This document shows, piece by piece, positions 21,554 through 31,456 of a DNA stretch of 64,000 bases. Within the stretch, counting starts at the first letter, position 1. Every line of letters starts with the position of its first letter. Source of the DNA: Deltaproteobacteria bacterium. Lineage in GTDB: Bacteria; Desulfobacterota; Deferrimicrobia; Deferrimicrobiales; Deferrimicrobiaceae. The notes under the pieces were generated by a model. That model searched no databases, was not told the DNA's origin, and was given only the letters and a program-made list of their open reading frames with translations. The position numbers and the translations under genes were made by a program. The DNA is taken from NCBI GenBank assembly GCA_021824125.1, contig JAKALO010000001.1, positions 9,722 to 73,721 on the forward strand, written 5' to 3'.

Positions 21554-22146
21554 GTTCCCTTCTCCTCCCCTTCCGTCTGCACAGGTCTCGCCGCCAGCGG
21601 CACGTCGCGCAACACGAAGTACGAAGCTCCCCGGGGTGACAGCCGGCTCTCGTACAAACGGTACGAGGCAACCCGGACAACGCCGAACCGTTTCGCGGAA
21701 ACGGCCCTTGCGAATTCATCGCCCCACCCCGGCGGGAGCCCGTCTCTTGCGCGACCAACCGTGATGTGCGGGTGGAAAGGTCTCCCCTCGCGGGGAAAAC
21801 CTGCGCCGGAAAGCGCGTTTTCCATATTCTCATGCAACTTCCCGACCAATTCAAGCGATTCCCGGATGCCGACCCAGATGACGCGCGGCGCGCGCAGCGA
21901 AGGAAAACCGCCGGCACCCTCCACGAAGAACTCGAAAACCGGAACGTCTCGCACGGCTTCGGCAAGCAGGGCGGCGATCCGGTCGACGCGATCCCCGGAG
22001 GTTTCCCCGAGAAACTTCAGCGTTACATGGAGGTTTTGCTCCGGCGTCCAGGAGACCCGGGGGCGCCTGGCCATCAGCGGCGATACAGCATCGACGATCG
22101 CGCGTCGGCATTCCGGCGGGAGGCCTATCCCGACGAACATCCTCAT
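21550..22146 (-). CDS. thpR: RNA 2',3'-cyclic phosphodiesterase (2H family, LigT/ThpR)
   Basis: Two HxT/S motifs ([14 protein letters not shown]). ATG at 22146. The stop overlaps the recA start (ATGA). Confidence 0.8.
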   Translation of the reverse strand: MRMFVGIGLPPECRRAIVDAVSPLMARRPRVSWTPEQNLHVTLKFLGETSGDRVDRIAALLAEAVRDVPVFEFFVEGAGGFPSLRAPRVIWVGIRESLELVGKLHENMENALSGAGFPREGRPFHPHITVGRARDGLPPGWGDEFARAVSAKRFGVVRVASYRLYESRLSPRGASYFVLRDVPLAARPVQTEGEEKGT

Positions 22147-22147
22147 T

Positions 22148-22648
22148 TCACGCCCCCTGCCCTCCCTCGACAAGGGACAGGAGCTCGGCAAGGGCCCAGG
22201 CGACGGTTCCCCGCCGGACGGTTTCGCGGTCCCCGGGGAACCGACGCCGGTGCGACCGCCGGACCTCTCCCGCGGAAATCGCGAGACACACGGTTCCCAC
22301 CGGTTTGTCGGGCGTCCCGCCGCCGGGGCCGGCGATCCCGGTGATCCCCACCCCGATGTCCGCGCCGAACCGTGCCGCCGCGCCATCCGCCATCGCGGCC
22401 GCGACCGCCTCGCTCACGGCGCCCGAGGACTCTATCAGCGACGCCGGCACGCCGAGGTCCCTCGCCTTGGAGGCGTTCCCGTACGCGACGACCCCTCCTG
22501 CGAAATAGGCGGAACTCCCCGGAATGTCCGTGACCGCCGCGCAGAAGCCTCCCCCGGTGCACGACTCGGCCACGGCCAGCGTACGTCCCGTCCGGACGAG
22601 CGCCGCCCCGAGGCGCATGGAAAGATCGCGGATCACCGCGTCAGCCAC
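22148..22648 (-). CDS. CinA C-terminal domain protein / nicotinamide-nucleotide amidohydrolase PncC-like
   Basis: 166 aa (LAVAESCTGG...GITGIAGPGGGT). Confidence 0.8.
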   Translation of the reverse strand: MADAVIRDLSMRLGAALVRTGRTLAVAESCTGGGFCAAVTDIPGSSAYFAGGVVAYGNASKARDLGVPASLIESSGAVSEAVAAAMADGAAARFGADIGVGITGIAGPGGGTPDKPVGTVCLAISAGEVRRSHRRRFPGDRETVRRGTVAWALAELLSLVEGGQGA

Positions 22649-23109
22649 ATGATCCCCCGGTAAGCCAGGTTGGCGTACACCCCCGCGACCAGGTCGTCGG
22701 CGACAACGTAAAAAGCCCCTTCTTTCCTGTCCGCCCAGGCGGCGGGGCCGAATTTAAGGATATCGAAAAACCGGAAGAGGAAAAACAGGAGCAGGGCCGG
22801 CTTCCAACCCCAGGGTATCCAGGTCGCCGCGAGGAGCATCCCCGCAATCTCGTCGATGACCACCGAGGAAGGGTCCTTCTTCCCCGTTTCCCGCATCTCG
22901 ACGCTCACCGAGGGAACCGACAGGAGGAGCACGGCCCCAAGAATCCCGAAATGCGCAATTCCCGTTCCGCCCCCCAAATACCAGAGGGGCAGGGCCAGGA
23001 GGGAGCCGATCGTCCCGGGGATGAAGGGGGAAAAACCGACCCCCATGCCGGAGGCCACCGCCCTCCAGACCGCGACTGCCCGAAAACGCTTCCCTTGAAT
23101 AATTGCCAT
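22633..23109 (-). CDS. pgpA: Phosphatidylglycerophosphatase A
   Basis: ATG at 23109. PgpA membrane protein (GFSPFIPGTIGSL...VVIDEIAGM). It lies upstream of an AT-rich divergent promoter region at 23110-23195. Confidence 0.8.
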   Translation of the reverse strand: MAIIQGKRFRAVAVWRAVASGMGVGFSPFIPGTIGSLLALPLWYLGGGTGIAHFGILGAVLLLSVPSVSVEMRETGKKDPSSVVIDEIAGMLLAATWIPWGWKPALLLFFLFRFFDILKFGPAAWADRKEGAFYVVADDLVAGVYANLAYRGIMWLTR

Positions 23110-23195
23110 AATTAGGGTATCAATTTTACATCGATAATAAACAATCGTAATAAATAAAACAGGGTGTCTGACAGAAGGGGCGGCCTGCCGCAACA

Positions 23196-24740
23196 ATGAC
23201 GGAAGGCGAACTCATAGGACGAATCACCCGGGCGATCGCTGAACTCGCCAAGGGGATGAAAAGCGTGGGCTTCTACCCTCCGGGGCACCCGACGCTGATA
23301 CAGATCATCTCCAAGATCATTTCGAATTTCGAGGAAATCCCGCTTCCGGAGGCCGGCCTTGAAATAGACGTGACCAGGAACGCCCTTCTGTTCCAGGACA
23401 CTCCGCTCCCCGCGCCGAACAAGACAGTGATCGACCTGAACAGGGAACTCTACATAAGGCAGGCCAGCAAGATCATCTTCCTGCCCAACCTGAAGCCCAG
23501 CGAGATGGTCGAGTTCCTGGGGATCCTTTCCCGCGACATCCAGGAGATCCAGGACGAAGGGGGGATCGAGCGATTGCTCCTCCGGAAGAAAGTCTCCCGG
23601 ATCTGGGCGAACCGTGTGGACTACCTGGGATTGACGGAAATGCTGAAAAAAGAGGAGGCCGGATCCGAAGACCCCGAAGGCGACGGCATGGAAAACGGCG
23701 AACTCCAGGATTCCCTCGATGACATCGCTCCCGAGGAATTGACCATAGGGGACATCATCTCGATGATCGAGAAGGAGTCCGACCCCGTTGCCTACCGCGA
23801 CCACCTGATCGCCCTTTCCCGCGCCCTGTACAACGAGCGCATGGACCGGAAGATAGAACACGCCTCCCGTGCGCTCATGATCTTCGCGGGCCACGTCCAG
23901 CAGCCGCCGATGCAGAATCCGGAGATCGCCAATCTCGCGCGACTCGGGATCAAGGAGATGGCGTCGGACGAGCTGGTCGCCCATTACATCCATCTTCTCC
24001 GGGACAAGGGCGGAAAGGGCCGAAGGGAGGTGGAGACCGTGCTCACGGCGTTCGAGGACCGCGCCGTGAAACCGCTCCTGAAGACGCTTGCGGACGAGGA
24101 GGACCTTCTCCTGCGGAAATCGATCGTCGAGATCGTCGTCAGGATCGGCAGGCCCGCGGTTCCCGCCATCCTCGAGAACCTGAACGATGCCCGGTGGTTC
24201 ATGGTCCGGAACATGGTGACGATCCTGGGGAGCCTCGGCCTCCCGGACCTCGCCCCGCACGTGGCGACAACCCTGTCGCATCCCGATCTTCGCGTCAAGA
24301 AGGAGGCGATCAAGGCCCTTTCCAAGCTCCCCCACCCTTCCGCGGTCACCTCCCTGGGGGAGCTCTGCTTCTTCCCGGAGGAGACCGTGGCGCTCACAGC
24401 CACCGCGGCCATGTCCGCCAAGAAGGAGTCCGAGGCCGTCCTGACGCTTTACAGGCGGGCGGTCGAGAAACGGTTCTTTTTCCCCAACTACCGGCTCGCA
24501 CACGAGGCGATCGACTCGCTGAGGACGATCGGCACCGACGAGGCGATCACCGCCCTGGAGGAGATTCTTAGAACGTCGGCGATCCGGGAGACGCAACGAT
24601 TGCGCGCGATGAAATCCCACGCGCTGAGAAGCATCTCAAAGATACGGGGGGAAAAAGCCAGGGAAGCGCTCCAACGTTGCGCCAAGGCCCCGGAGGGATA
24701 CCTGAGGATGGAAGCGGAGCGTCTTTTAAAGGTCACATAG
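23196..24740 (+). CDS. Protein with a DUF3391-like N-terminal domain fused to C-terminal HEAT repeats
   Basis: 514 aa. The N-terminal ~130 aa align with the N-terminus of the adjacent HD-GYP protein. The C-terminal half has PBS-lyase-type HEAT repeats. Confidence 0.6.
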   Translation: MTEGELIGRITRAIAELAKGMKSVGFYPPGHPTLIQIISKIISNFEEIPLPEAGLEIDVTRNALLFQDTPLPAPNKTVIDLNRELYIRQASKIIFLPNLKPSEMVEFLGILSRDIQEIQDEGGIERLLLRKKVSRIWANRVDYLGLTEMLKKEEAGSEDPEGDGMENGELQDSLDDIAPEELTIGDIISMIEKESDPVAYRDHLIALSRALYNERMDRKIEHASRALMIFAGHVQQPPMQNPEIANLARLGIKEMASDELVAHYIHLLRDKGGKGRREVETVLTAFEDRAVKPLLKTLADEEDLLLRKSIVEIVVRIGRPAVPAILENLNDARWFMVRNMVTILGSLGLPDLAPHVATTLSHPDLRVKKEAIKALSKLPHPSAVTSLGELCFFPEETVALTATAAMSAKKESEAVLTLYRRAVEKRFFFPNYRLAHEAIDSLRTIGTDEAITALEEILRTSAIRETQRLRAMKSHALRSISKIRGEKAREALQRCAKAPEGYLRMEAERLLKVT

Positions 24741-24750
24741 GGAGAGATCC

Positions 24751-26142
24751 ATGGACCGGCGCGAACAGGAACTTCTGATCACCAAGCTCATAAGGGCGCT
24801 CGGGACGTCCCTCAAGAACCGTGGGATATATCCCGCCACGCACCCCCAGGTGCGGAACCCCGTCGAAAAAATCCACCAGGACCTTCTCCTCTTTTTCGTC
24901 GACAGGAACGAACTGGTCCTCGTCATCACGGACGGCACGCTGGTCTTCGAGGGAGTCCCTATCTTCAGCCTGACCTCCTCCCTGGAAAACTTCATGGACC
25001 GCCTCGGCAGGATCGGGGTGCCCGCGATCATCTTCGACAAGGGTCTCACCGTGGGCGACATCGACACCTTCGTGAGATTCCTCCACGAAACCAGGGAACA
25101 GGGGCTGCCTCCGAAAAGGATCCAGGAACTCCTGGAACAGGCCGGGGCCGCCCACATACGGGTCAAGCCGATGGAGGAGGAGGAGGAGGACGACTACGCG
25201 ATAGCCCACCAGGTCTACGACAACGCCGTTTCCGTCGTGGTCTCGATCCTGCGGGACGTGCGCATGGGCCGGATACCCTCGGGAGCCGAGTCCGAACAGG
25301 TGGTCAAGGACATGAGCAGCATGCTCACGCGGAACCGTGACGCCATGCTCGCGCTGACGCTCATCAAGAACTACGACGAGTACACATACAACCACTCCGT
25401 CAACGTGGCCGTCCTATCCCTGGCCATCGCCGACGCCATGTCGCTTCCCGGCGAGACCAAGGTCGACGTTGGCGTCGCGGGGCTCCTGCACGACATCGGA
25501 AAAACGCAGCTTGCCCTGGAGCTCATCCGCAAGCCCGGAACGCTGAGCGTGAAGGAGTTCGAGGAGATCAAGAAACACCCGGACGAGGGGTTCCTCCTCC
25601 TCACGAAGATGTCCCACATCCGGCCGTCCTCCGCCTACATGGTCCTCGAGCACCACATGCGGTTCGACAAGACGGGGTATCCCCAACCCAACCCGGAACA
25701 TACCGTAAACCCCAACTCGAACATCATCCCGGTCGCCGACTGCTACGACGCGCTGACTACGATGCGCTCCTACCAGAAGGCCAGATATCCGCAACAGGCC
25801 CTCGATATCATGACGAAGATCGCCGGCAAGTCCCTCGACCCGGAAATCGTGTCCCTGTTCGTGAATACGATGGGCGCATACCCCGTGGGAACGATGGTCC
25901 GCCTGAACACCATGGAGATCGGCGTGGTATCGGGATCCGGGCGCGACGGAGAAAAAGGCCGGAAAGTCGTGGTGCTGTTCGACCGGGACGGGAAACCGCT
26001 CCCATGCCCGGAACAGGTGGATCTCGTCGAGGGGGGCAAGGCGACGGAAACGGACCAACGGGCCATCCTGGGAACGGTGAACCCGAACCTCTACCCGTCG
26101 ATGCCGAGCGAAAACCTGTTCCTCTCCGCCGCCCCCGCGTAA
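24751..26142 (+). CDS. HD-GYP domain c-di-GMP phosphodiesterase with a DUF3391-like N-terminal domain
   Basis: 463 aa. HD-GYP signature (HHMRFDKTGYPQ). Confidence 0.85.
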   Translation: MDRREQELLITKLIRALGTSLKNRGIYPATHPQVRNPVEKIHQDLLLFFVDRNELVLVITDGTLVFEGVPIFSLTSSLENFMDRLGRIGVPAIIFDKGLTVGDIDTFVRFLHETREQGLPPKRIQELLEQAGAAHIRVKPMEEEEEDDYAIAHQVYDNAVSVVVSILRDVRMGRIPSGAESEQVVKDMSSMLTRNRDAMLALTLIKNYDEYTYNHSVNVAVLSLAIADAMSLPGETKVDVGVAGLLHDIGKTQLALELIRKPGTLSVKEFEEIKKHPDEGFLLLTKMSHIRPSSAYMVLEHHMRFDKTGYPQPNPEHTVNPNSNIIPVADCYDALTTMRSYQKARYPQQALDIMTKIAGKSLDPEIVSLFVNTMGAYPVGTMVRLNTMEIGVVSGSGRDGEKGRKVVVLFDRDGKPLPCPEQVDLVEGGKATETDQRAILGTVNPNLYPSMPSENLFLSAAPA

Positions 26143-26185
26143 TCCCGCGTTCCACCAGGCCGGCCCGTAAGTCGGGCGAACGTGG

Positions 26186-26761
26186 TCAGGCGTCTCCGCG
26201 GCTCCACTCCGCAAGCGCGCAGGCAACCGAGGCCCTCACCGACTCGTTCTCCGCGTCGGCCTGCAGGAGCACCTTCTCCCACCCGTCTTTCCCCGCCGTG
26301 AGCGCGTACGCCACCACGGCCTTGCCGGCGACCTCGGGGTCGGGGTTGGCGAGGTACCTCTCGATGATGGGCGCCAATTCCTTCCGGCGTGATTTTCCGA
26401 GGGTCTCTAAGATGTTCCCGAGCACGACCCCCTGTTCGCGGGGAAGTCGATCGACGAGGGCCTTCAGGACCGGCACGGTGGGTGAAAACGCGAGCACGCG
26501 GGCGGCCGCCCCCCGGACCTCCGCTTCGCGGTCGGAAAGGGCGGCAAAAAGCAGGTAGACCCCCTCCGTGCCGCCGATGTCCTCGGCGGAGAAGACCACC
26601 CGCATGCGCTCTTCGAGTGTCCCCGTCCGCAGCGTCTGCAGGCAGGAGGGAACCGAACGCTTCGCGCGCAACCGGTCCATCGCGGCGGAAGCCGCTTCCC
26701 GCACCCCCGGTGAAGGGTCCGTCAGCAATTTCCGAAGAGTTTCCTCGATCCGGTCCACCAC
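26186..26761 (-). CDS. HEAT-repeat protein
   Basis: 191 aa with repeated DPxxxVRxxA motifs. GTG start. Confidence 0.55.
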   Translation of the reverse strand: MVDRIEETLRKLLTDPSPGVREAASAAMDRLRAKRSVPSCLQTLRTGTLEERMRVVFSAEDIGGTEGVYLLFAALSDREAEVRGAAARVLAFSPTVPVLKALVDRLPREQGVVLGNILETLGKSRRKELAPIIERYLANPDPEVAGKAVVAYALTAGKDGWEKVLLQADAENESVRASVACALAEWSRGDA

Positions 26762-26903
26762 GGCCTTTTCCCCCTTTCCGGGATGCGTATAGTCTTACCG
26801 GAGGCGGGCCGCTTCGTCAATCCGGCGCGGCGGGCGGTCATCCGTTCCACGGGTTGACGGTCCCACGGAAACGCACGTACACTCTCCTGCAGGGGGACGT
26901 GGA

Positions 26904-27335
26904 ATGGTCGATTTGAAGGGCAGGCTGCTCGCGCTCGATTTCGGCAGTCACCGCATCGGGGTCGCGGTGTCCGACCCGCTCGGCATCACCGCCCGGCAGC
27001 TGGAGGCGATCCGGCGGGAGGGAGACCGTAAAGACATCGAGGCGATTCTTTCCTTGTCGAGGGAGCACGGGGTGGAGACGGTACTGGTCGGCCTCCCGCT
27101 TCTCCCCGACGGCAACGAAGGATCGCAGGCGGTCAAGGCGCGGCGGTTCGGGGAGAAGATCAGGGAGCTTACCGGCCTGCCGGTCGCCCTCCGGGATGAA
27201 CGGTTTTCCACGGCGCAGGCGGAGCGCCACCTCATCGAATCCGGCGTCCGGCGCGAAAAGCGGAAAGAGGTCCGGGACAGCCTCGCCGCCGCACTGATCC
27301 TGCAGTCCGCACTGGATGCCCGGAGCCGGAAGTAA
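26904..27335 (+). CDS. ruvX: Holliday junction resolvase-like protein RuvX/YqgF
   Basis: 143 aa (LLALDFGSHRIGVAVSD). Confidence 0.85.
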   Translation: MVDLKGRLLALDFGSHRIGVAVSDPLGITARQLEAIRREGDRKDIEAILSLSREHGVETVLVGLPLLPDGNEGSQAVKARRFGEKIRELTGLPVALRDERFSTAQAERHLIESGVRREKRKEVRDSLAAALILQSALDARSRK

Positions 27336-27343
27336 GTCCCCGG

Positions 27344-28342
27344 ATGGTTTCCCAGCGGATCAAGGTATTTCTCGCGATATTTCTCGCCGCGGCGGTCGCC
27401 TTCTCTTTCCTTCTCATGGACACCCCCCCCTCGAAGGAATGGAAGCCGACCAACGTTATCGTCCCTAAAGGAAGCCGCTCCTCCGAGGTCGCCCGCCTGC
27501 TGGAGGGCGAGGGCGTGCTTGCGCACCCCCTGGTCTTCCGGGCGCTGGTCCTTGCGACAATGTCTGGGAGGAGCCTGAAGTTCGGCGAGTACGCATTCCA
27601 GAACCCCCCGTCCACCGTGGAGGTATGGAGGAAGCTTTACCGGGGCGAGGTGGCCAGATACTCCGTGCTGGTGCCCGAGGGATCGAACCTTTACGATATC
27701 GCGATGATCCTCGACGAGCTGTACCTCGCCGATCCTGAGGAATTCCTGGAAACCGCATCCTCCCCGGATTTCTTAAGACGACTGAACATCCCCGGAAAGA
27801 CCGCGGAAGGATTCCTTTTCCCGGACACCTACCTGCTGGACAAATCGATGTCCGCCGAGGACATCATCGATGTCATGGCCCGGCGGTTCCGCCGAAAGTT
27901 CCTCCCCGAATGGGAGGAGCTGGCGCGCAAGGACGGGTTCTCCCTCCTGGAGATCGTGACAATCGCCTCGATCATCGAGAAGGAGACAGGAATCTCCGAC
28001 GAGGGGCCCCTCGTGTCCGCCGTCATCCGGAGGCGCCTTTCCCTCAAGATGCCGCTCCAGATGGACCCCACGGTCGTCTACGGCCTGAGGCGTTTCGGCG
28101 CCGAACTGACGAAGAAGGACCTTCGGACCCAGTCGCCGTACAACTCGTACCTGAACCGCGGGCTTCCCCCGGGGCCGATCGCAAACCCGGGTCTTTCGGC
28201 GATCAAGGCCGCCCTTTTCCCCGCCGACACGGATTACCTGTACTTCGTGTCCCGCAACGACGGGTCCCACAAGTTTTCCAGGACGCTCGACGAACACAAC
28301 CTGGGGGTGGTTTCTTTCAGGAAGGGCGAAACGCCGAAATGA
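27344..28342 (+). CDS. mltG: Endolytic murein transglycosylase MltG (YceG family)
   Basis: 332 aa with an N-terminal TM helix and the YceG domain. Confidence 0.9.
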   Translation: MVSQRIKVFLAIFLAAAVAFSFLLMDTPPSKEWKPTNVIVPKGSRSSEVARLLEGEGVLAHPLVFRALVLATMSGRSLKFGEYAFQNPPSTVEVWRKLYRGEVARYSVLVPEGSNLYDIAMILDELYLADPEEFLETASSPDFLRRLNIPGKTAEGFLFPDTYLLDKSMSAEDIIDVMARRFRRKFLPEWEELARKDGFSLLEIVTIASIIEKETGISDEGPLVSAVIRRRLSLKMPLQMDPTVVYGLRRFGAELTKKDLRTQSPYNSYLNRGLPPGPIANPGLSAIKAALFPADTDYLYFVSRNDGSHKFSRTLDEHNLGVVSFRKGETPK

Positions 28343-28356
28343 GACGGGCGGGCGGC

Positions 28357-28755
28357 CTACTCCTCGACCTCGCCCGCGGGAACTTTCTTGATCCCCTCTT
28401 CCGGCTCCTCGCGCATGTACTTCTCCTCGCGCTCGAGCTTCTCCTGGCACTCTACGCAGTACTTTGCGAAGGGGACCACCTTCAGCCGCCCCTTGGGGAT
28501 CTTTATGCTGCATTCGTCGCACAGCCCGTAGGTGCCGTCCTCGATCCGGTCGATGGCGTCGTCGATCCGGCCCAGCTTCTTCTTTTCGCGGTCGGTGAGG
28601 ATCATGTCCAGTTCCCGCGTGCGCTCCTCAGTCACCGAATCCAGGATGTCCCCGATGTCGGTCATCACCCCCTCGGTCGACACCTTCGATCGCCTGGCGA
28701 TTTCCCGCACGAGATCCTCGCGCATGCGGAGCAGCATGTCCTTGATCGACTTCAT
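28357..28755 (-). CDS. DksA/TraR-family C4 zinc-finger protein
   Basis: 132 aa with a coiled-coil region and C-x2-C...C-x2-C (CDECSIKIP...CVEC). Confidence 0.8.
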   Translation of the reverse strand: MKSIKDMLLRMREDLVREIARRSKVSTEGVMTDIGDILDSVTEERTRELDMILTDREKKKLGRIDDAIDRIEDGTYGLCDECSIKIPKGRLKVVPFAKYCVECQEKLEREEKYMREEPEEGIKKVPAGEVEE

Positions 28756-28795
28756 GCGATCTATCCCCCCAGACAGGAGATTAAAAAATTACGTT

Positions 28796-28823
28796 AGTAT
28801 AACCGGAGTCGACCGCCTGTCAA
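28796..28823 (-). promoter_or_regulatory. Putative sigma70 promoter for the dksA-like gene (-35 TTGACA at 28823..28818, 16-bp spacer, -10 TATACT at 28801..28796)
   Basis: Read directly on the minus strand. The -35 overlaps the rimO stop codon. A GGGGGGA SD precedes the ATG at 28755. Confidence 0.5.
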
Positions 28824-30172
28824 CCGGTTTCGCGAACGGTTGTCGCGAACAGGTCGCATTCCCGGGCTCCGGTAACCCGGGCCCGGCAGAAACGGCCGGC
28901 GGAACCCCGGTACCCCGAAAGCGAAACGCCTCCGTCCACTTCCGGCGCCTGCCCCCGATGACGGCCGGTCGCGCGTCCACCGGGCCGGGTTTTTTCCACC
29001 AGCACCTCGATTTCCCTGCCGACCATGGCGGAGTTCCTTGCGGCGAGGATGTCCGCCTGCGCATCCTGGATCCGGCGGGCCCGCTCCATCTTCACCGCCT
29101 CGGGCACCTGGGGGCGCATCGAGAAGGCCGGAGTCCCTTCCTCGCGGGAATACGGGAACACACCGAGGTAATCCCAACGCGCCTCGTGGACGAACCGGAT
29201 GAGCCGGTCGAACGCCCTTGCCGTCTCCCCGGGAAAACCTACGATAAGGGAAGTCCGGAGGAAAACCCCCGGTAGCCGCTCCCGGAGCCGTGCGACGAGC
29301 CTGCGTACATCGTCAGGGGCGTAGCGCCGCCCCATCCTTCCCAGGACCTCCGCATCGATGTGCTGGACGGGGATGTCCAGGTAGGGGCACAGTTTCTTCT
29401 CCGTGGCCAGGAGGTCGATCAGGGGCCCGTCCACCCTTCCCGGGTAAAGGTACAGCAGCCGGACCCACCGGATTCCAGGCACCGCGCAGATCTCGCGCAC
29501 CAGGGGGACGAGGGCGCCTTTCTCCCCGCGTTCCGTTCCGTACGAGGTGATGTCCTGCCCGATCAGGTTGATCTCGCGCGCTCCCCGGCGCACGAGCATC
29601 CGGGCCTCCGCGAGGACGGACGCCTTCCCCCTGCTTTTCAGCGGCCCGCGGATAGCCGGTATCGTGCAGTAGGAGCAACGGTTGTCGCACCCCTCGAGGA
29701 TCTTCAGGAACGCGGATGCGCTGCCCTCCGCCGGAACCCGGTGGCGGTAGGCGTCGTCTTCGAGCGCCTCGCCGGCAAAACCGCCGCGGGGCGCGTCCCC
29801 GGCAACCAGCCTCAGGACCAAACCGGGGATCTCCGGGATGTCTCCCGGCCCCACGAACAGGTCCACCTCGGGAAGCAGCTTCGGAAGGTCGTCCCGGTAT
29901 CGCGTCGCCAGGCAACCCGCAACGACCAGGTGCCGGATCCTTCCCTTATCCCTCGCCCGGGCGAGGGAGAGGATCTCACCGATCGATTCCTCCTTCGCGT
30001 CCCGGATGAAGCCGCACGTGTTGACGATGGCGACGTCCGCGCGGCCGGCGGAGACGACCCGGCACCCCCCCTCGGTCAGGAGCCCCGTCATCACCTCGGT
30101 GTCCACCGTGTTTTTCGCGCACCCAAGCGTCAGGATCCGCACCGTCGGGGGATGCGCCGTTTTCGGGGTCAT
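28820..30172 (-). CDS. rimO: Ribosomal protein S12 methylthiotransferase RimO (MiaB-like MTTase)
   Basis: 450 aa with a radical-SAM CxxxCxxC (CDNRCSYC), an N-terminal MTTase domain and a C-terminal TRAM domain. Confidence 0.8.
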   Translation of the reverse strand: MTPKTAHPPTVRILTLGCAKNTVDTEVMTGLLTEGGCRVVSAGRADVAIVNTCGFIRDAKEESIGEILSLARARDKGRIRHLVVAGCLATRYRDDLPKLLPEVDLFVGPGDIPEIPGLVLRLVAGDAPRGGFAGEALEDDAYRHRVPAEGSASAFLKILEGCDNRCSYCTIPAIRGPLKSRGKASVLAEARMLVRRGAREINLIGQDITSYGTERGEKGALVPLVREICAVPGIRWVRLLYLYPGRVDGPLIDLLATEKKLCPYLDIPVQHIDAEVLGRMGRRYAPDDVRRLVARLRERLPGVFLRTSLIVGFPGETARAFDRLIRFVHEARWDYLGVFPYSREEGTPAFSMRPQVPEAVKMERARRIQDAQADILAARNSAMVGREIEVLVEKTRPGGRATGRHRGQAPEVDGGVSLSGYRGSAGRFCRARVTGARECDLFATTVRETG

Positions 30173-30837
30173 CCGTCGACGACCTTGACGCCTTCCGGCT
30201 TCCGGAACCGGAACATCCCGTCGGGCAGGGAGGAGTCGAGCACGGTCTCATCAAGGAAGAGGTGGTTCGACCCGCCGAGGCGGTCGTAGATGTGGACCTC
30301 TCGCACCACCAGGTCGGCGTCCCCGACCACAAGGTCGATGCGGCGCACCTCCGGCGCCCCGTCGCCGCGCGGAACGAGACGCAACGCCGTCTCCCCCTTT
30401 CCCTTCAGGGACACCGACTCCTCGACCCGGAACATCGCCGTGATATCCCCCTTCCCGAACAGAAGGAGGAGCGGGACTTTCCCGCCGAGCGCCTTTTCGT
30501 CGATCTTCCGCCGGAAGAGCTGCGGGGAGTCCGCGGGCCTGAAGTACAGGTGCTCCCCGTCCGCGAGGAAAACCTGGGCGTCCTTGCCCCGGTAATCCCA
30601 GCGCATCTTTAGGGGTCGCTCGAAGAATACGCGCCCGGAGGCCTTCCGGACGATGCCGAGGTTCTGCAGCGGAACCTCCTGGCGGAACCCGGCGGAAAAC
30701 GTCCTCGCCGCGGAGTACTTCCGCGCGACCTCACGCAACAGGGCCTCCCCCGCAACCTCCGCGGCCGCGTGTGCCGCGGAAAGCATGAAAACCAGGAGGG
30801 CCGAAAGCACGGCCCCCGATACCTGGTGCCTGGACAC
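30169..30837 (-). CDS. lolA: Outer-membrane lipoprotein carrier protein LolA-like
   Basis: 222 aa with a signal peptide and LolA fold features. Conserved ftsK-lolA adjacency. Confidence 0.7.
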   Translation of the reverse strand: MSRHQVSGAVLSALLVFMLSAAHAAAEVAGEALLREVARKYSAARTFSAGFRQEVPLQNLGIVRKASGRVFFERPLKMRWDYRGKDAQVFLADGEHLYFRPADSPQLFRRKIDEKALGGKVPLLLLFGKGDITAMFRVEESVSLKGKGETALRLVPRGDGAPEVRRIDLVVGDADLVVREVHIYDRLGGSNHLFLDETVLDSSLPDGMFRFRKPEGVKVVDG

Positions 30838-30849
30838 GAAATTCTCCTT

Positions 30850-31452
30850 TCAGGTCGTCACGCCGACCGCCCGCAGCGATTGCAGCAGGGAATCGTGCGA
30901 CACGTAGCGGATCCCGTTCATCCCGACGCGCCGGGCCCCTTCCGCGTAGGCCTCGATGTCGTCGATGTAGACGCACTCCCCCGGAGGCACGCCGAGCTTG
31001 GCGAGAGCGTCGCGATAGATCCCCTCCGACGGCTTCATCTCCTTGACATCGAAGGAGAGGGTCACGGAGTCGAAGAGGTTGAAAATCTCCACATTCCTGA
31101 TGTAGCGCTCGTAATGCCACTCGTTCGTGTTCGACAGGAGGCCGATCCGGTATCTGCCCTTCAGGTTCCTTATCAGGCCGATAGTCGCGGGGATCGGCGT
31201 GAAGATGCCCGTGTACGCATCGAAGAACTCATCGCCGGATATCGACAGCCGGCACTTGCGCGCCGCCTCCCGGAGGAACCCGTCGGACGACACGAGCCCG
31301 CTCTCGTACCGGCGGTGCAGGTCCGAGCCGAAGATCCCTTCCCTCATGTCCTCGAGGGACATGTCCGTATGCGGCAGCAGCTTCCGCAGGAAGAGGTCGT
31401 TGTCGAACGCGCAGATCACGTTCCCGAAGTCGAACACGACCGACCGTATCAC
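30850..31452 (-). CDS. HAD-family hydrolase
   Basis: GTG start at 31452 with an AAGGAG SD. HAD motif I (VVFDFGNV). Confidence 0.7.
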   Translation of the reverse strand: MIRSVVFDFGNVICAFDNDLFLRKLLPHTDMSLEDMREGIFGSDLHRRYESGLVSSDGFLREAARKCRLSISGDEFFDAYTGIFTPIPATIGLIRNLKGRYRIGLLSNTNEWHYERYIRNVEIFNLFDSVTLSFDVKEMKPSEGIYRDALAKLGVPPGECVYIDDIEAYAEGARRVGMNGIRYVSHDSLLQSLRAVGVTT

Positions 31453-31456
31453 CGCC

